Source: Thermodesulfobacteriota bacterium
GTDB lineage: Bacteria > Desulfobacterota_D > UBA1144 > Nemesobacterales > Nemesobacteraceae
Direction: 5' to 3'
Length of the DNA stretch: 64,000 nt
Assembly (NCBI GenBank): GCA_965220925.1
Contig: OZ244851.1
Span: forward strand, 658,854 to 722,853
Shown: positions 1 to 8,098 of the stretch, one piece after another
Layout: each line of letters begins with the position of its first letter
How positions within the stretch are numbered: position 1 is the stretch's first letter
The notes under the pieces: generated by a model
Told to the model about the DNA's origin: nothing
The model's database searches: none
Seen by the model: only the letters and a program-made list of their open reading frames with translations
Made by a program: the position numbers and the translations under genes

Positions 1-697
1 GAAGAAGAGCTATGGCCGTTATAACGTGCTGCGAAACGGGGATAAGAGCATCGCCCCCGAATTGCGAAAAAACCTCTTGGTAATTAAGCGAACCGAACGT
101 GGTAAAAATAAGCAAAATACCCAGAATAAATCCGAAATCTCCTATCCTGTTGACCACAAACGCTTTTCTTCCGGCATATACCCGAAACGAATCCTGATAC
201 CAAAACCCTATGAGCAGATAAGAAGCGAGCCCCACTCCCTCCCATCCGACGAACATCATGGGGAAATTATTGCCCAGAACAAGCACCAGCATGAAAAAAA
301 CGAATATGTTAAGGTACGTGAAATAGCGTGCGTAACAGCGGTCGTTGCGCATGTATCCGATCGAGTAGACATGTATTAGGAAACCCACCCATGTCACCAC
401 AAGAGCCATTACCGCGGAAAGAGAATCGAAAAGAAATTCGAAACTAATCTCGAGAGTCCCCGAAACCATCCAGGTGAAAAGCTCGGCGGTAATCGGCTGA
501 GACCCGGTGGGGTTTTGCGAAAGCAAGTCAATAAAAAGGCGCGTGGACAAAAGAGCGGAAACCAAAACGGCTCCGCACGCCACCGTTCCCACCAATCTAT
601 CTCTATCGCGCCGAAGTCTTCCGAAAAGACCGGTTGCGAAGAAAAGTCCGTTAAAAACCGCGCCCGCAAGCGGGGCAAGAACTATTAAAGCCAGCAC
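1..697 (-). CDS. nuoL: NADH-quinone oxidoreductase subunit L, N-terminal part; runs off the window start
   Basis: Manual translation of the reverse strand from a GTG at 697 (GGAGG 9 nt upstream) reads VLALIVLAPLAGAVFNGLFF...MVSGTLEISFEFLFDSLSAVMALVVTWVGFLIHVYSIGYM...FVGWEGVGLASYLLIGFWY, a typical NuoL/ND5 N-terminus. The reading frame stays open to position 1. The ORF track missed it because it has no ATG and no in-window stop. Confidence 0.8.
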   Translation of the reverse strand, partial: MLALIVLAPLAGAVFNGLFFATGLFGRLRRDRDRLVGTVACGAVLVSALLSTRLFIDLLSQNPTGSQPITAELFTWMVSGTLEISFEFLFDSLSAVMALVVTWVGFLIHVYSIGYMRNDRCYARYFTYLNIFVFFMLVLVLGNNFPMMFVGWEGVGLASYLLIGFWYQDSFRVYAGRKAFVVNRIGDFGFILGILLIFTTFGSLNYQEVFSQFGGDALIPVSQHVITAIALL

Positions 698-721
698 CCT
701 GGCAAACCTCCGAAAATAAAA

Positions 722-1027
722 TCAACCCCTAAGCAATCTCAGAAGGTCTATATTTAGACTCTGTTTCTGCCTGTAGACCGAAACGACAAACGCGAGACCA
801 ACCGCAACTTCCGCCGCCGCGACCGTAACGGACATAAGCACAAACACATGGCCCGTGGGGTCCTGGTAAAGTCTCGAAAAGACGACGAAAAGCAGGTTGC
901 ACGAATTTAACATCAGTTCAAGGCACATAAGCACAACCAGTATGTTCTTTCTCGTAATAACGCCGTAGAGCCCCGTCGTAAAAAGCACGCAGGCCAATAC
1001 CACGTAATGAACGGCCGTAATTTCCAT
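722..1027 (-). CDS. nuoK: NADH-quinone oxidoreductase subunit K
   Basis: 101 aa with three transmembrane helices and the conserved ...MLNSCNLLFV...AAAEVAVGLAF...LNIDLLRLLRG C-terminus typical of NuoK/ND4L. Lies directly between nuoJ and nuoL. Confidence 0.9.
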   Translation of the reverse strand: MEITAVHYVVLACVLFTTGLYGVITRKNILVVLMCLELMLNSCNLLFVVFSRLYQDPTGHVFVLMSVTVAAAEVAVGLAFVVSVYRQKQSLNIDLLRLLRG

Positions 1028-1028
1028 A

Positions 1029-1538
1029 TCAGGAACCCTTTCCCTTGGCTATAACCAGAACGCCCACCATGGCTACAACCACAAGAACCGAGGTAAGTTC
1101 AAACGCGAGCAAATACTCGCTTAAAAGAGATCTTCCCACTTCGGCCACGGTACCGAATTTCTCTGGGTCCCCAAGTTCGGGAAACGAAATTGAAGAAGAT
1201 GAAAATAATCTTGACGCGAAAAATCCCACGGCGACGATAAGAAGAAAAAGAAATGTGACCCTCTTCGGTATGTTCATACCGTCGAACCTAAGTTCGCTGT
1301 CTCTTATGTTGAGAAACATAACGGTAAACAGGAAGAGCACGATTATCGCCCCAGCGTAAATCAGTATCTGTATCGCCGCGATAAAATGGGCGTGGAGAAG
1401 CACAAAAAGCGCCGCGGTGCAAAAAAGCGTAAGAACGAGAGAAATGGCGCTTGAAACGGGGTTTTTGTGGCTCACTACCATGATAGCTCCAAAAACCGCA
1501 AGAGTAGAGAAAATATAAAAAAGGATTGTATGAGACAA
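1029..1538 (-). CDS. nuoJ: NADH-quinone oxidoreductase subunit J
   Basis: 169 aa membrane protein. The N-terminus (ILFYIFSTLAVFGAIMVVSHKNPVSS...IYAGAIIVLFLFTVMFL) aligns with NuoJ/ND6. One nucleotide separates it from nuoK. The annotated start is a TTG and is uncertain. Confidence 0.85.
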   Translation of the reverse strand: MSHTILFYIFSTLAVFGAIMVVSHKNPVSSAISLVLTLFCTAALFVLLHAHFIAAIQILIYAGAIIVLFLFTVMFLNIRDSELRFDGMNIPKRVTFLFLLIVAVGFFASRLFSSSSISFPELGDPEKFGTVAEVGRSLLSEYLLAFELTSVLVVVAMVGVLVIAKGKGS

Positions 1539-1569
1539 TAGGATTTTCCGGAAAAAGATTTGCTCTTAA

Positions 1570-1597
1570 AGTATAGTTACAATGTCTTTGGAGTCAA
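1570..1597 (-). promoter_or_regulatory. candidate sigma70 promoter for nuoJKL (TTGACT-16 nt-TATACT) just downstream of the nth stop
   Basis: The reverse strand reads TTGACT ccaaagacattgtaac TATACT. The -10 element ends about 32 nt upstream of the nuoJ start. Confidence 0.4.
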
Positions 1598-1613
1598 ACC
1601 CCGGCGACGGAGT

Positions 1614-2282
1614 TTATCTGCTTTTCAATACCCCGACGCGCGGGCAGTAACCGGCGACGGGACAGGCGCTGCAAATCGGGGAAACGGGTCTGCATATGCG
1701 CTGTCCGAAAGCGACCAAAAGAGAATTGTATTCTATCCAGTGCCTGCGAGGCAGTTTTTTTCTAAGAATCATTTCGGTTTCATAAGGGTTTTCCGTATCC
1801 ACATACCCCCACCTGTTTGAAATTCTGTGTACGTGAATATCAACGCAGATGGCGGGTTTCCCATAACCTAAAGAGACGACGAGATTAGCCGTTTTTCTTC
1901 CAACTCCCCGGAATTTTAGAAGTTCATCCAAACTGTCCGGAACTTTTTCTCCGTATTCATCTATTAATTTCTCACATATCCCAATTATGTTCTTCGCTTT
2001 TGTTCTGTAAAAACCCACCGGATATATAAGTTCTCTTACTTTTTTCTCGCCGAGTTGCAAAATCGCGCGCGCGGTCGAAGCTTCACGGAAAAGTCTTGCG
2101 GAAACCTCCGCGGTGGTTTCATCCTTGGTTCTCAGGCTTAGTACCGTGGAGATAAGAACTTTGAAAGGACTTTTCGAGGAAATCGCGGTAAGCGTAACTA
2201 CGGGAACATTCCAATCGGCGGACTGCCTTCTCAAGACGCCGAGAATTTTCCCGATATTCTCCTCTCCAATCTTAACGCTCAT
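1614..2282 (-). CDS. nth: Endonuclease III (DNA glycosylase/AP lyase)
   Basis: HhH-GPD fold with LLKFRGVGRKTANLVVSLGYG...CVDIHVHR. The C-terminal 4Fe-4S cluster motif CRPVSPICSACPVAGYC has the C-x6-C-x2-C-x5-C spacing. Confidence 0.9.
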   Translation of the reverse strand: MSVKIGEENIGKILGVLRRQSADWNVPVVTLTAISSKSPFKVLISTVLSLRTKDETTAEVSARLFREASTARAILQLGEKKVRELIYPVGFYRTKAKNIIGICEKLIDEYGEKVPDSLDELLKFRGVGRKTANLVVSLGYGKPAICVDIHVHRISNRWGYVDTENPYETEMILRKKLPRRHWIEYNSLLVAFGQRICRPVSPICSACPVAGYCPRVGVLKSR

Positions 2283-2301
2283 TCCGGTTGGAAGCGGGAA
2301 C

Positions 2302-3051
2302 TTACTGGATTTGTGTATGGTGTGCGGAGCCTTCGCATTTGTTCGATATATCCTCCCACTTCTGAAAGAATATCTTAAGTTTGAGTTCCGCTTCGGCGAA
2401 GCCGGATAGGGAGATAAGTTCCAGAATATTTCTAACCTCTTTTACGCTGTTTTCGTTTTTAAGCGTATAGGGATGTATATGGTTGCAGATGTCGCCGTAG
2501 TTAAGGACCAGGTAACTTCTTGAGTCAAACTGCACAAGCCATCTTTCAAGGTCTTTCAGACTTCCGTTAAGATTGAGCAGAAAGTTCTTAAGCGGGTTTG
2601 CCGATTTCTCCAATGTTTTTTCTTCAATATCTCTTCGCAATTCCATAAGTCTTCTTTTCGATTCCTCCAAAGTTGAATTGTAATGTATGGAGTTAAATCC
2701 CCAGTGAGTGTAGAAGTTTTTTCTCCCTTCGTCAGAAAAAAGAACAAACCACTCAAACGGAATAACGTTTTCGGAAGAAAAGCAGTTAAGGGAATCGGTA
2801 GTCGGAGCCACGAAGTAGCCGCCTTTTTCGTCCTTCATGAAAAGGCAGTCGGGCATATCCTCGTGCGGAAGATTGAGATGATCGGAAAGCGCTTGGCGAA
2901 AAGCGCTGTATTCATTGCCGAACCATATCCCGAAAGGAGAAGTAGGTCCTCCCCAGTAACGCTCGTAAAACTTAAGATACTTCCCCCAGTATTCGGACTT
3001 CTCCTTAAAAGAATCCAAGGGTTCATACACTATAAGAGTACTGGAAGGCAT
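2302..3051 (-). CDS. hypothetical protein (249 aa, no recognisable domain)
   Basis: Long clean ORF in the coding strand 19 nt upstream of nth. It is rich in aromatic residues (W, Y, F). I recognise no family. Confidence 0.55.
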   Translation of the reverse strand: MPSSTLIVYEPLDSFKEKSEYWGKYLKFYERYWGGPTSPFGIWFGNEYSAFRQALSDHLNLPHEDMPDCLFMKDEKGGYFVAPTTDSLNCFSSENVIPFEWFVLFSDEGRKNFYTHWGFNSIHYNSTLEESKRRLMELRRDIEEKTLEKSANPLKNFLLNLNGSLKDLERWLVQFDSRSYLVLNYGDICNHIHPYTLKNENSVKEVRNILELISLSGFAEAELKLKIFFQKWEDISNKCEGSAHHTQIQ

Positions 3052-3098
3052 TTTTTACGTTACCGGAAAAATAAATTCTTTATCATTAAACTCCTTAA

Positions 3099-3141
3099 CA
3101 AAAAAAAGAGGAGGGATAAGCCGTTTCCGACTTCCCTCCTC
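3099..3141 (-). terminator. rho-independent terminator after ADC-like paralog 1
   Basis: The plus strand reads aaaaaaaa GAGGAGGGA taagccgtttccgact TCCCTCCTC. On the minus-strand transcript this gives a 9-bp GC stem followed by a U8 tract, immediately after the gene that ends at 3210. Confidence 0.6.
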
Positions 3142-3209
3142 TCTCTAATCAACAAGCCTCCACACGCTCATACCAAACAGCACTCACGCGTAAAAGCATT
3201 TCTCCAGTT

Positions 3210-4181
3210 TTATCCCTGGCTATACTGCGGCAACAGGAACCTGTGACGCATCGTGTACTCAAACGGCGTCGCATATACCACATGACCCAAGTCATCTGGT
3301 GTACGCTCCACTGTCTTCGTCCATATCGTCAACGCCGGCGGTATTATAAGATTGAACGTGAAGCTTATCAATCCTACTACCTCCGTCGCCGGTATCTGTC
3401 CGCCCATATAGTCAAACGGCGTCCCGGACATGTACCAAGAACGTACATCCTCGCCTATCGCCGTACGCACGCTCTCAGGATTCAGCTGGAACCTGTGTCC
3501 CGTTCCAAATCCAGGCGGCAAGTCCGACGGCAAATACGTTACTTCGTGGATGCTGTTCGATACATCTGGTCTCGTCGTTATCCTATAGTTCATCCTTCCC
3601 CAATCCGTCTTACCATAGAACGTCGGACGCGCTGACAACGGCCTGTCGGAATAACGACCGTTTGCCGTGTGCAGTATATAACCTCTTCTCTCCATAAGGT
3701 GATTGAAGTAGTTGTTGTTCGTCCCGTGCTCAAAGCCCGCTATGTATGCGGCCTTCTTCGGAAATCCAAACGGCTCTTTTCCCGCGAAAATCGGTGAATC
3801 GTTTGACAGGTACATGTACGGATAATATCCCGCCTTGTATATCTGCCCGTCTCCACTGTCTACCGTTGCCGAGAACGTTACTCCCATCTCCATGTATGGG
3901 CCCAACATCGTGTTCTTATGTATTACATACCAAAACTCTATCAAATCATCCTGTACTTCTATCGGCTCCGGCACCACCGCTTTCATCGCGTTGATGTCAG
4001 CCCTTATTACATACGCCATCCAACGACTTTCCGTGTATGTCAACGGGATGATGTCGTAGTCAAATACAGGATCCGCTACTCCCTGACTGATTATGTGTAT
4101 CCTGTCCCTGTCCAATGGTAATGGCGGAACTTCTCCCTCATCTAGCCAAGGATAACTGTACTCATTTGCCTGTAATCCCAT
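3210..4181 (-). CDS. acetoacetate decarboxylase (ADC)-superfamily protein, paralog 1
   Basis: INAMKAVVPEPIEV resembles the ADC segment MDALRKVVPEPLEI. YMYLSNDSPIFAGKEPFGFPKK resembles the ADC catalytic-Lys region HMMYLDNEPAIAVGRELSAYPKK. At 323 aa it is longer than canonical ADC (~245 aa). Confidence 0.7.
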   Translation of the reverse strand: MGLQANEYSYPWLDEGEVPPLPLDRDRIHIISQGVADPVFDYDIIPLTYTESRWMAYVIRADINAMKAVVPEPIEVQDDLIEFWYVIHKNTMLGPYMEMGVTFSATVDSGDGQIYKAGYYPYMYLSNDSPIFAGKEPFGFPKKAAYIAGFEHGTNNNYFNHLMERRGYILHTANGRYSDRPLSARPTFYGKTDWGRMNYRITTRPDVSNSIHEVTYLPSDLPPGFGTGHRFQLNPESVRTAIGEDVRSWYMSGTPFDYMGGQIPATEVVGLISFTFNLIIPPALTIWTKTVERTPDDLGHVVYATPFEYTMRHRFLLPQYSQG

Positions 4182-4208
4182 TTGTATTTACCTCCTACTT
4201 TCTTTTCT

Positions 4209-5189
4209 TTATGAACCCTGACTGATTGGGAACTGCTGACGCAATCCATACTTGTATGGTGTAGCGTAGCCTCTGTAACTTGCCGGACGCTCGTATGTCT
4301 CACTCCACAGTACCTGCGCCGGGGGAATTACCAGGTCAAATACAAACGATATCAACCCGGTTACTTCCTGTATCTTCAATTCCGCTCCCATGTTGTCAAA
4401 CGGTGTGGCCTGCATGAACCAGTTTATCGCGTCTCCTGATGCTGTACGCGTATGCTCCGGCTTTATCTTAAACCGGTGTCCCTCTATCATGCTGTCAAAC
4501 GGCGGCGGCAACGCTGATGGCAAATATGTCAACTGCCATTCCGAACTTGATACGTCCGGACGCGTTATTACCTTCATGTTGAACTTGCCCCAGTCCGTCT
4601 TACCGTAGAAATGCGGCGGCGTTACCTGCTTGTCGTCAAACTGCCCCGTCGCACTGTGCATCAAATATCCGTTACGGCTCATCGCAAATCCGAAAAAGTC
4701 CGTCCCCTTCTCTCCTCCGTGTACCGTACATCTTATGTACGACATCTTCTTCGGAAATCCCAGTACCCTTCCCGCATCCACAGGCGCGTCGCCCGTCAGA
4801 TACATGTAAGGATAATATCCTGCCTTCCATACATTTCCCTGGGGGTCTTTGTATGTCGCCGATATCGTTACGCCAAACTCCAAGTATGGCCCCAACATCG
4901 TGTTCTTATGATCCACATACCAAAACTCCACCAAATCGGCATCCTCTCCGTCCCATACTTCCAACGGAGGATTCGGACACAAACGACGCCTTGTCGCTTC
5001 GTCGCATCTTACTACAAACGCCGACCACCTGCTGTCCGTATACGTTAGCGGCAGCACGTCTATGTCCCACAGCGGATCCGACGGATTCGCTATGATCCAT
5101 GACTTGATATCCCGCTCTATCGGAGGGGGCGGGACCTCTTTTGTCAACTCCCAATACTTCAACGGGACGTTTAAATGACTATGGCTCAT
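4209..5189 (-). CDS. acetoacetate decarboxylase (ADC)-superfamily protein, paralog 2
   Basis: 326 aa and colinear with paralog 1. Shared blocks are VLPLTYTDSRW, EFWYVDHKNTMLGPY, AGYYPYMYL, GFPKK, FYGKTDWG, ITRPDV and GLISFVFDLVIPPA. Lies 27 nt upstream of paralog 1 on the same strand. Confidence 0.7.
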   Translation of the reverse strand: MSHSHLNVPLKYWELTKEVPPPPIERDIKSWIIANPSDPLWDIDVLPLTYTDSRWSAFVVRCDEATRRRLCPNPPLEVWDGEDADLVEFWYVDHKNTMLGPYLEFGVTISATYKDPQGNVWKAGYYPYMYLTGDAPVDAGRVLGFPKKMSYIRCTVHGGEKGTDFFGFAMSRNGYLMHSATGQFDDKQVTPPHFYGKTDWGKFNMKVITRPDVSSSEWQLTYLPSALPPPFDSMIEGHRFKIKPEHTRTASGDAINWFMQATPFDNMGAELKIQEVTGLISFVFDLVIPPAQVLWSETYERPASYRGYATPYKYGLRQQFPISQGS

Positions 5190-5361
5190 ATTGCACAGCC
5201 TCCTTACTATATAGTTTTGAGCTCAAAGATCTAAAAACATACTTACACACTTGCCCTCCGTTACTTACTATCCCCTTACCTTTGTAAAAGTGCTTTTAGT
5301 CTAACGGTTGTGCTTGCGCGCAACCTCACCCACAATTCATTTAATCAAATACCCCTATACT

Positions 5362-5400
5362 TTGTCAAGACCTTTTTTAGAAAACTTCAATACTTGACAA
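5362..5400. promoter_or_regulatory. inverted repeat TTGTCAAG-N23-CTTGACAA in the leader/promoter region of the ADC-paralog operon
   Basis: Perfect 8-bp arms. Each arm contains a TTGACA -35-like hexamer. The repeat lies between the ribbon-helix-helix (RHH) gene end (5405) and the ADC paralog-2 start (5189). Confidence 0.35.
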
Positions 5401-5404
5401 TCCC

Positions 5405-5785
5405 CTAAAACAGCCATGACGGATGGTCTTTCAAACCTTTCATTATTCTCTCTCGAAGCTCATTTTCATCCGATATATTTTCCTTATCCAGCTTTACGTT
5501 CTTGAGGCAACCGATCATAGCTCGCACGATGGTATTTTTAGTGATTCTCTCTTTTTTTCTCTCTTTGGAGCGGTTTCTCATTATGTCCCTCTCAAGCCTA
5601 TGAAGGAATTCTAAATCTTCATTACTTATCCTTAGAGTAAGAACGTCGAAAGTTTTGTATTTTGGAGTCGCGTCTGTTTCAGAACCAAGAGTAGTCCCGG
5701 CGATGCCTTTCACTTTCGTCTTTTCCTCAGGCTGCCGTATCCATATGTTTGGGTTTACTCTACCGCTTGTTTTGTTGGTTTCCAT
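5405..5785 (-). CDS. putative ribbon-helix-helix (CopG/Arc/ParG-like) DNA-binding protein
   Basis: 126 aa. The central segment TFDVLTLRISNEDLEFLHRLERDI...RITKNTIVRAMIGCL fits the beta-strand, helix, turn, helix pattern of the ribbon-helix-helix (RHH) fold. It sits in an AT-rich island flanked by 215-bp and 393-bp non-coding regions. Confidence 0.4.
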   Translation of the reverse strand: METNKTSGRVNPNIWIRQPEEKTKVKGIAGTTLGSETDATPKYKTFDVLTLRISNEDLEFLHRLERDIMRNRSKERKKERITKNTIVRAMIGCLKNVKLDKENISDENELRERIMKGLKDHPSWLF

Positions 5786-6178
5786 TTATGTTCGTCTCCC
5801 GAGTCTAATTACGTATTATGGAGTATTCAGTTTTAAAACAATTATACTTAACAAAAAACAGCAAGTTAAGAACTTCTTTATTTAAGATTATTCACAAATC
5901 AAACGGATAAGAACCGATTCGCACGAAAAACTGAAATCTTCACATAAAATATCTATACATACGATAGTTTTTTAGGCATCGACTAAAGCGAATCTGCCCA
6001 GTGTTGATGTTCCAGCAAACACTATTCCTCGACCGGCATATCAGTCTCGCCATATTTATTTCGTAATCGGTTTGTAATTAAACGGTAGGGGTTGTAATAA
6101 TATAGAGTAGGGGAATGATTCGGACGGAGAGGTATATATGATAATGACGAGAATTAATCAAAAGGAGGTAGCGGTATA

Positions 6179-7390
6179 ATGACGGAGAATTCAGCGAGTA
6201 TGGAACAGACGCGGGAACTTCTAAAGAGCAGAAAGATAGTGATTGCAGGAGTTGGGGAAACGGAGCAGGGGAAGATTCCCGATAAGAGTTCCTTTCACTT
6301 TCTAAGCGAAGCTTCTAAGCTAGCGATAGAAGACGCGGGGATACAAAAAAGCGATGTTGACGGATTGGTGACGGCATTTTCTTTGGTAGAGCATACTTTC
6401 ATGCACTGCACGACGTTTGCGGATTATTTTGGAATGAACCCCAGGTTTTTCTCTTCCGTGGCGGTTGGAGGAGCGACGGCGGTGTGGATGGTGGCCGAAG
6501 CCGCGATGGCTATAGCTTCTGGGCAGGCGGAAGTGGTTCTTTGCGTAAGAGGAGACAACACGCTTTCCGGAATATCCTCTTCGGGAATGCTTGCGTTGAT
6601 AAGGGAGATGTGTCACGCGGAGTTTGAGTATCCCTACGGACTAACTACTCCCGGAGGATACGCTTTGGCGGCGAATAGGTATTTGCATGAATGGAACAAC
6701 AGGCCGGAGCATCTGGCAGCGGTCGCCGTTACTATGCGAAAGCACGCGGCGGAGAAGGAAAACGCGATGAACAAAGACCCTCTCTCCATAGAAGACGTAT
6801 TGGAATCGAGGGTGATAGCCGAGCCTTTGCACAAGTATGACTGTTCCATAATTTCCGACGGAGGAGCGGCGTTCATAGTAACAACGGAAGAGAAAGCCAA
6901 GAGTCTGGGTATAGAGAACGGGCTTGCGTATCTTTGGGGAATGGGGCAGGGATATTCTCATCAGTACATGACAACTCTTGAGGATTTGGATCAGATATAC
7001 AACGCTGTGCAGCGTTCGGGGGAGAAGGCTTTCGCCACTGCGGGGATAAAGTGTTCAGATGTGGACATAGCTTTTCTATACGACTGTTTCACGATTACGG
7101 TGTTGTTGGAGTTAGAGGGTTTGGGCTTTGTTCCTAAGGGAGAGGGAGGAGCGTTTGCTTTGGAGGGTAGGATGGAGATAGGCAAGGACTTGCCCGTTAA
7201 CACTCACGGAGGGTTGCTATCGCAGGCGCATCTGGGAGCGATGCATCACGTGGTGGAGGCGACCTTGCAGTTGCGAGGGGATGCCGGGAGCAGGCAGGTT
7301 GAGAATCCTGAAGTTGCTGTGGTACACGGAAACGGAGGGATAGTATCCGCGCACAGCACGGTGGTTTTGGGAAATCAGCCGATTATGTAG
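6179..7390 (+). CDS. thiolase-like protein (SCP-x / lipid-transfer-protein type, the DUF35-associated thiolase family)
   Basis: 403 aa. The N-terminal KIVIAGVGETEQGK and the overall length and architecture match non-condensing SCP-x-type thiolases. There is a strong Shine-Dalgarno AGGAGG 10 nt upstream. Confidence 0.8.
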   Translation: MTENSASMEQTRELLKSRKIVIAGVGETEQGKIPDKSSFHFLSEASKLAIEDAGIQKSDVDGLVTAFSLVEHTFMHCTTFADYFGMNPRFFSSVAVGGATAVWMVAEAAMAIASGQAEVVLCVRGDNTLSGISSSGMLALIREMCHAEFEYPYGLTTPGGYALAANRYLHEWNNRPEHLAAVAVTMRKHAAEKENAMNKDPLSIEDVLESRVIAEPLHKYDCSIISDGGAAFIVTTEEKAKSLGIENGLAYLWGMGQGYSHQYMTTLEDLDQIYNAVQRSGEKAFATAGIKCSDVDIAFLYDCFTITVLLELEGLGFVPKGEGGAFALEGRMEIGKDLPVNTHGGLLSQAHLGAMHHVVEATLQLRGDAGSRQVENPEVAVVHGNGGIVSAHSTVVLGNQPIM

Positions 7391-7430
7391 GTAGAAAAGA
7401 GGTAATAAAGAAAAGAAGGAGAATAAAGAA

Positions 7431-7853
7431 ATGTCAGAAGTAAAAGAATACAAGAAGCCGTTACCTGAGTTTCGTCCGGAGACGGGGCCTTACTGGGAAG
7501 CTGCGAAGCTGCACAAGCTTGTAATTCCCCGATCTAAGAAGACGGGAGAGTTTTTCTTTTATCCAAGAGCTATTTCGCCTGGAGAAGATATGAGCGAGGA
7601 GATAGAGTGGGTTGAGTCTTCGGGCAAGGGGAAGGTATGGACTTTTTCGGTGCATCACATGGGGCCTTCAAAAGCTTACAAGGGAGAGCCTCCGTACGTT
7701 GTGGCGTTGATAGAGATGGAGGAAGGAGTGAAGATGATGTCTAATGTTATCGACGTAGACCCAAAAGATGTGTTTATAGGTATGGATGTGCAGGTGGTCT
7801 TCGACGATGTTACCGAAACCGTAACTCTTCCTAAATTCAAACCCGTTGCCTAA
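7431..7853 (+). CDS. DUF35 OB-fold protein (partner subunit of the SCP-x-type thiolase)
   Basis: 140 aa. VWTFSVHHMGPS...PPYVVALIEMEEGVKMMSNVIDV is the DUF35 OB-fold core. It sits immediately downstream of the thiolase behind a GGAG Shine-Dalgarno. The N-terminal Zn-ribbon cysteines are absent. Confidence 0.75.
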   Translation: MSEVKEYKKPLPEFRPETGPYWEAAKLHKLVIPRSKKTGEFFFYPRAISPGEDMSEEIEWVESSGKGKVWTFSVHHMGPSKAYKGEPPYVVALIEMEEGVKMMSNVIDVDPKDVFIGMDVQVVFDDVTETVTLPKFKPVA

Positions 7854-8098
7854 AAGAGATTAAAACCAATGCCTTACATTCTAAACGATCTCGAAACAAA
7901 GTTAGGAACGAATCCACAAGGCCGCACAGAAGCCCGGAATTTAATATGTTATGAAAATCCAAACTTCATAACTTCCGCATTTAATTAATTTTTTTCGATG
8001 AAAATTGTTCTTGACTTTTGAATATGATCTATGATAGAAATTTGACTAGGTCTGTTTGATATGCGGATCAGAGAAAGTAATAATCTTATTAAGGAGGT

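Noticed and set aside
409-678. 89-aa ORF on the minus strand listed by the ORF track
   Set aside because: It lies in a different frame inside the region that encodes the clearly conserved NuoL N-terminus (frame opening at GTG 697). It is Arg/Pro/Trp-rich without homology and is judged a shadow ORF.
6320-6961. Three antisense ORFs (98, 88 and 106 aa) within the thiolase gene
   Set aside because: They lie opposite a well-supported thiolase CDS, are Arg/His/Ser-rich, have no start context and are mutually overlapping. They are typical antisense shadow ORFs.
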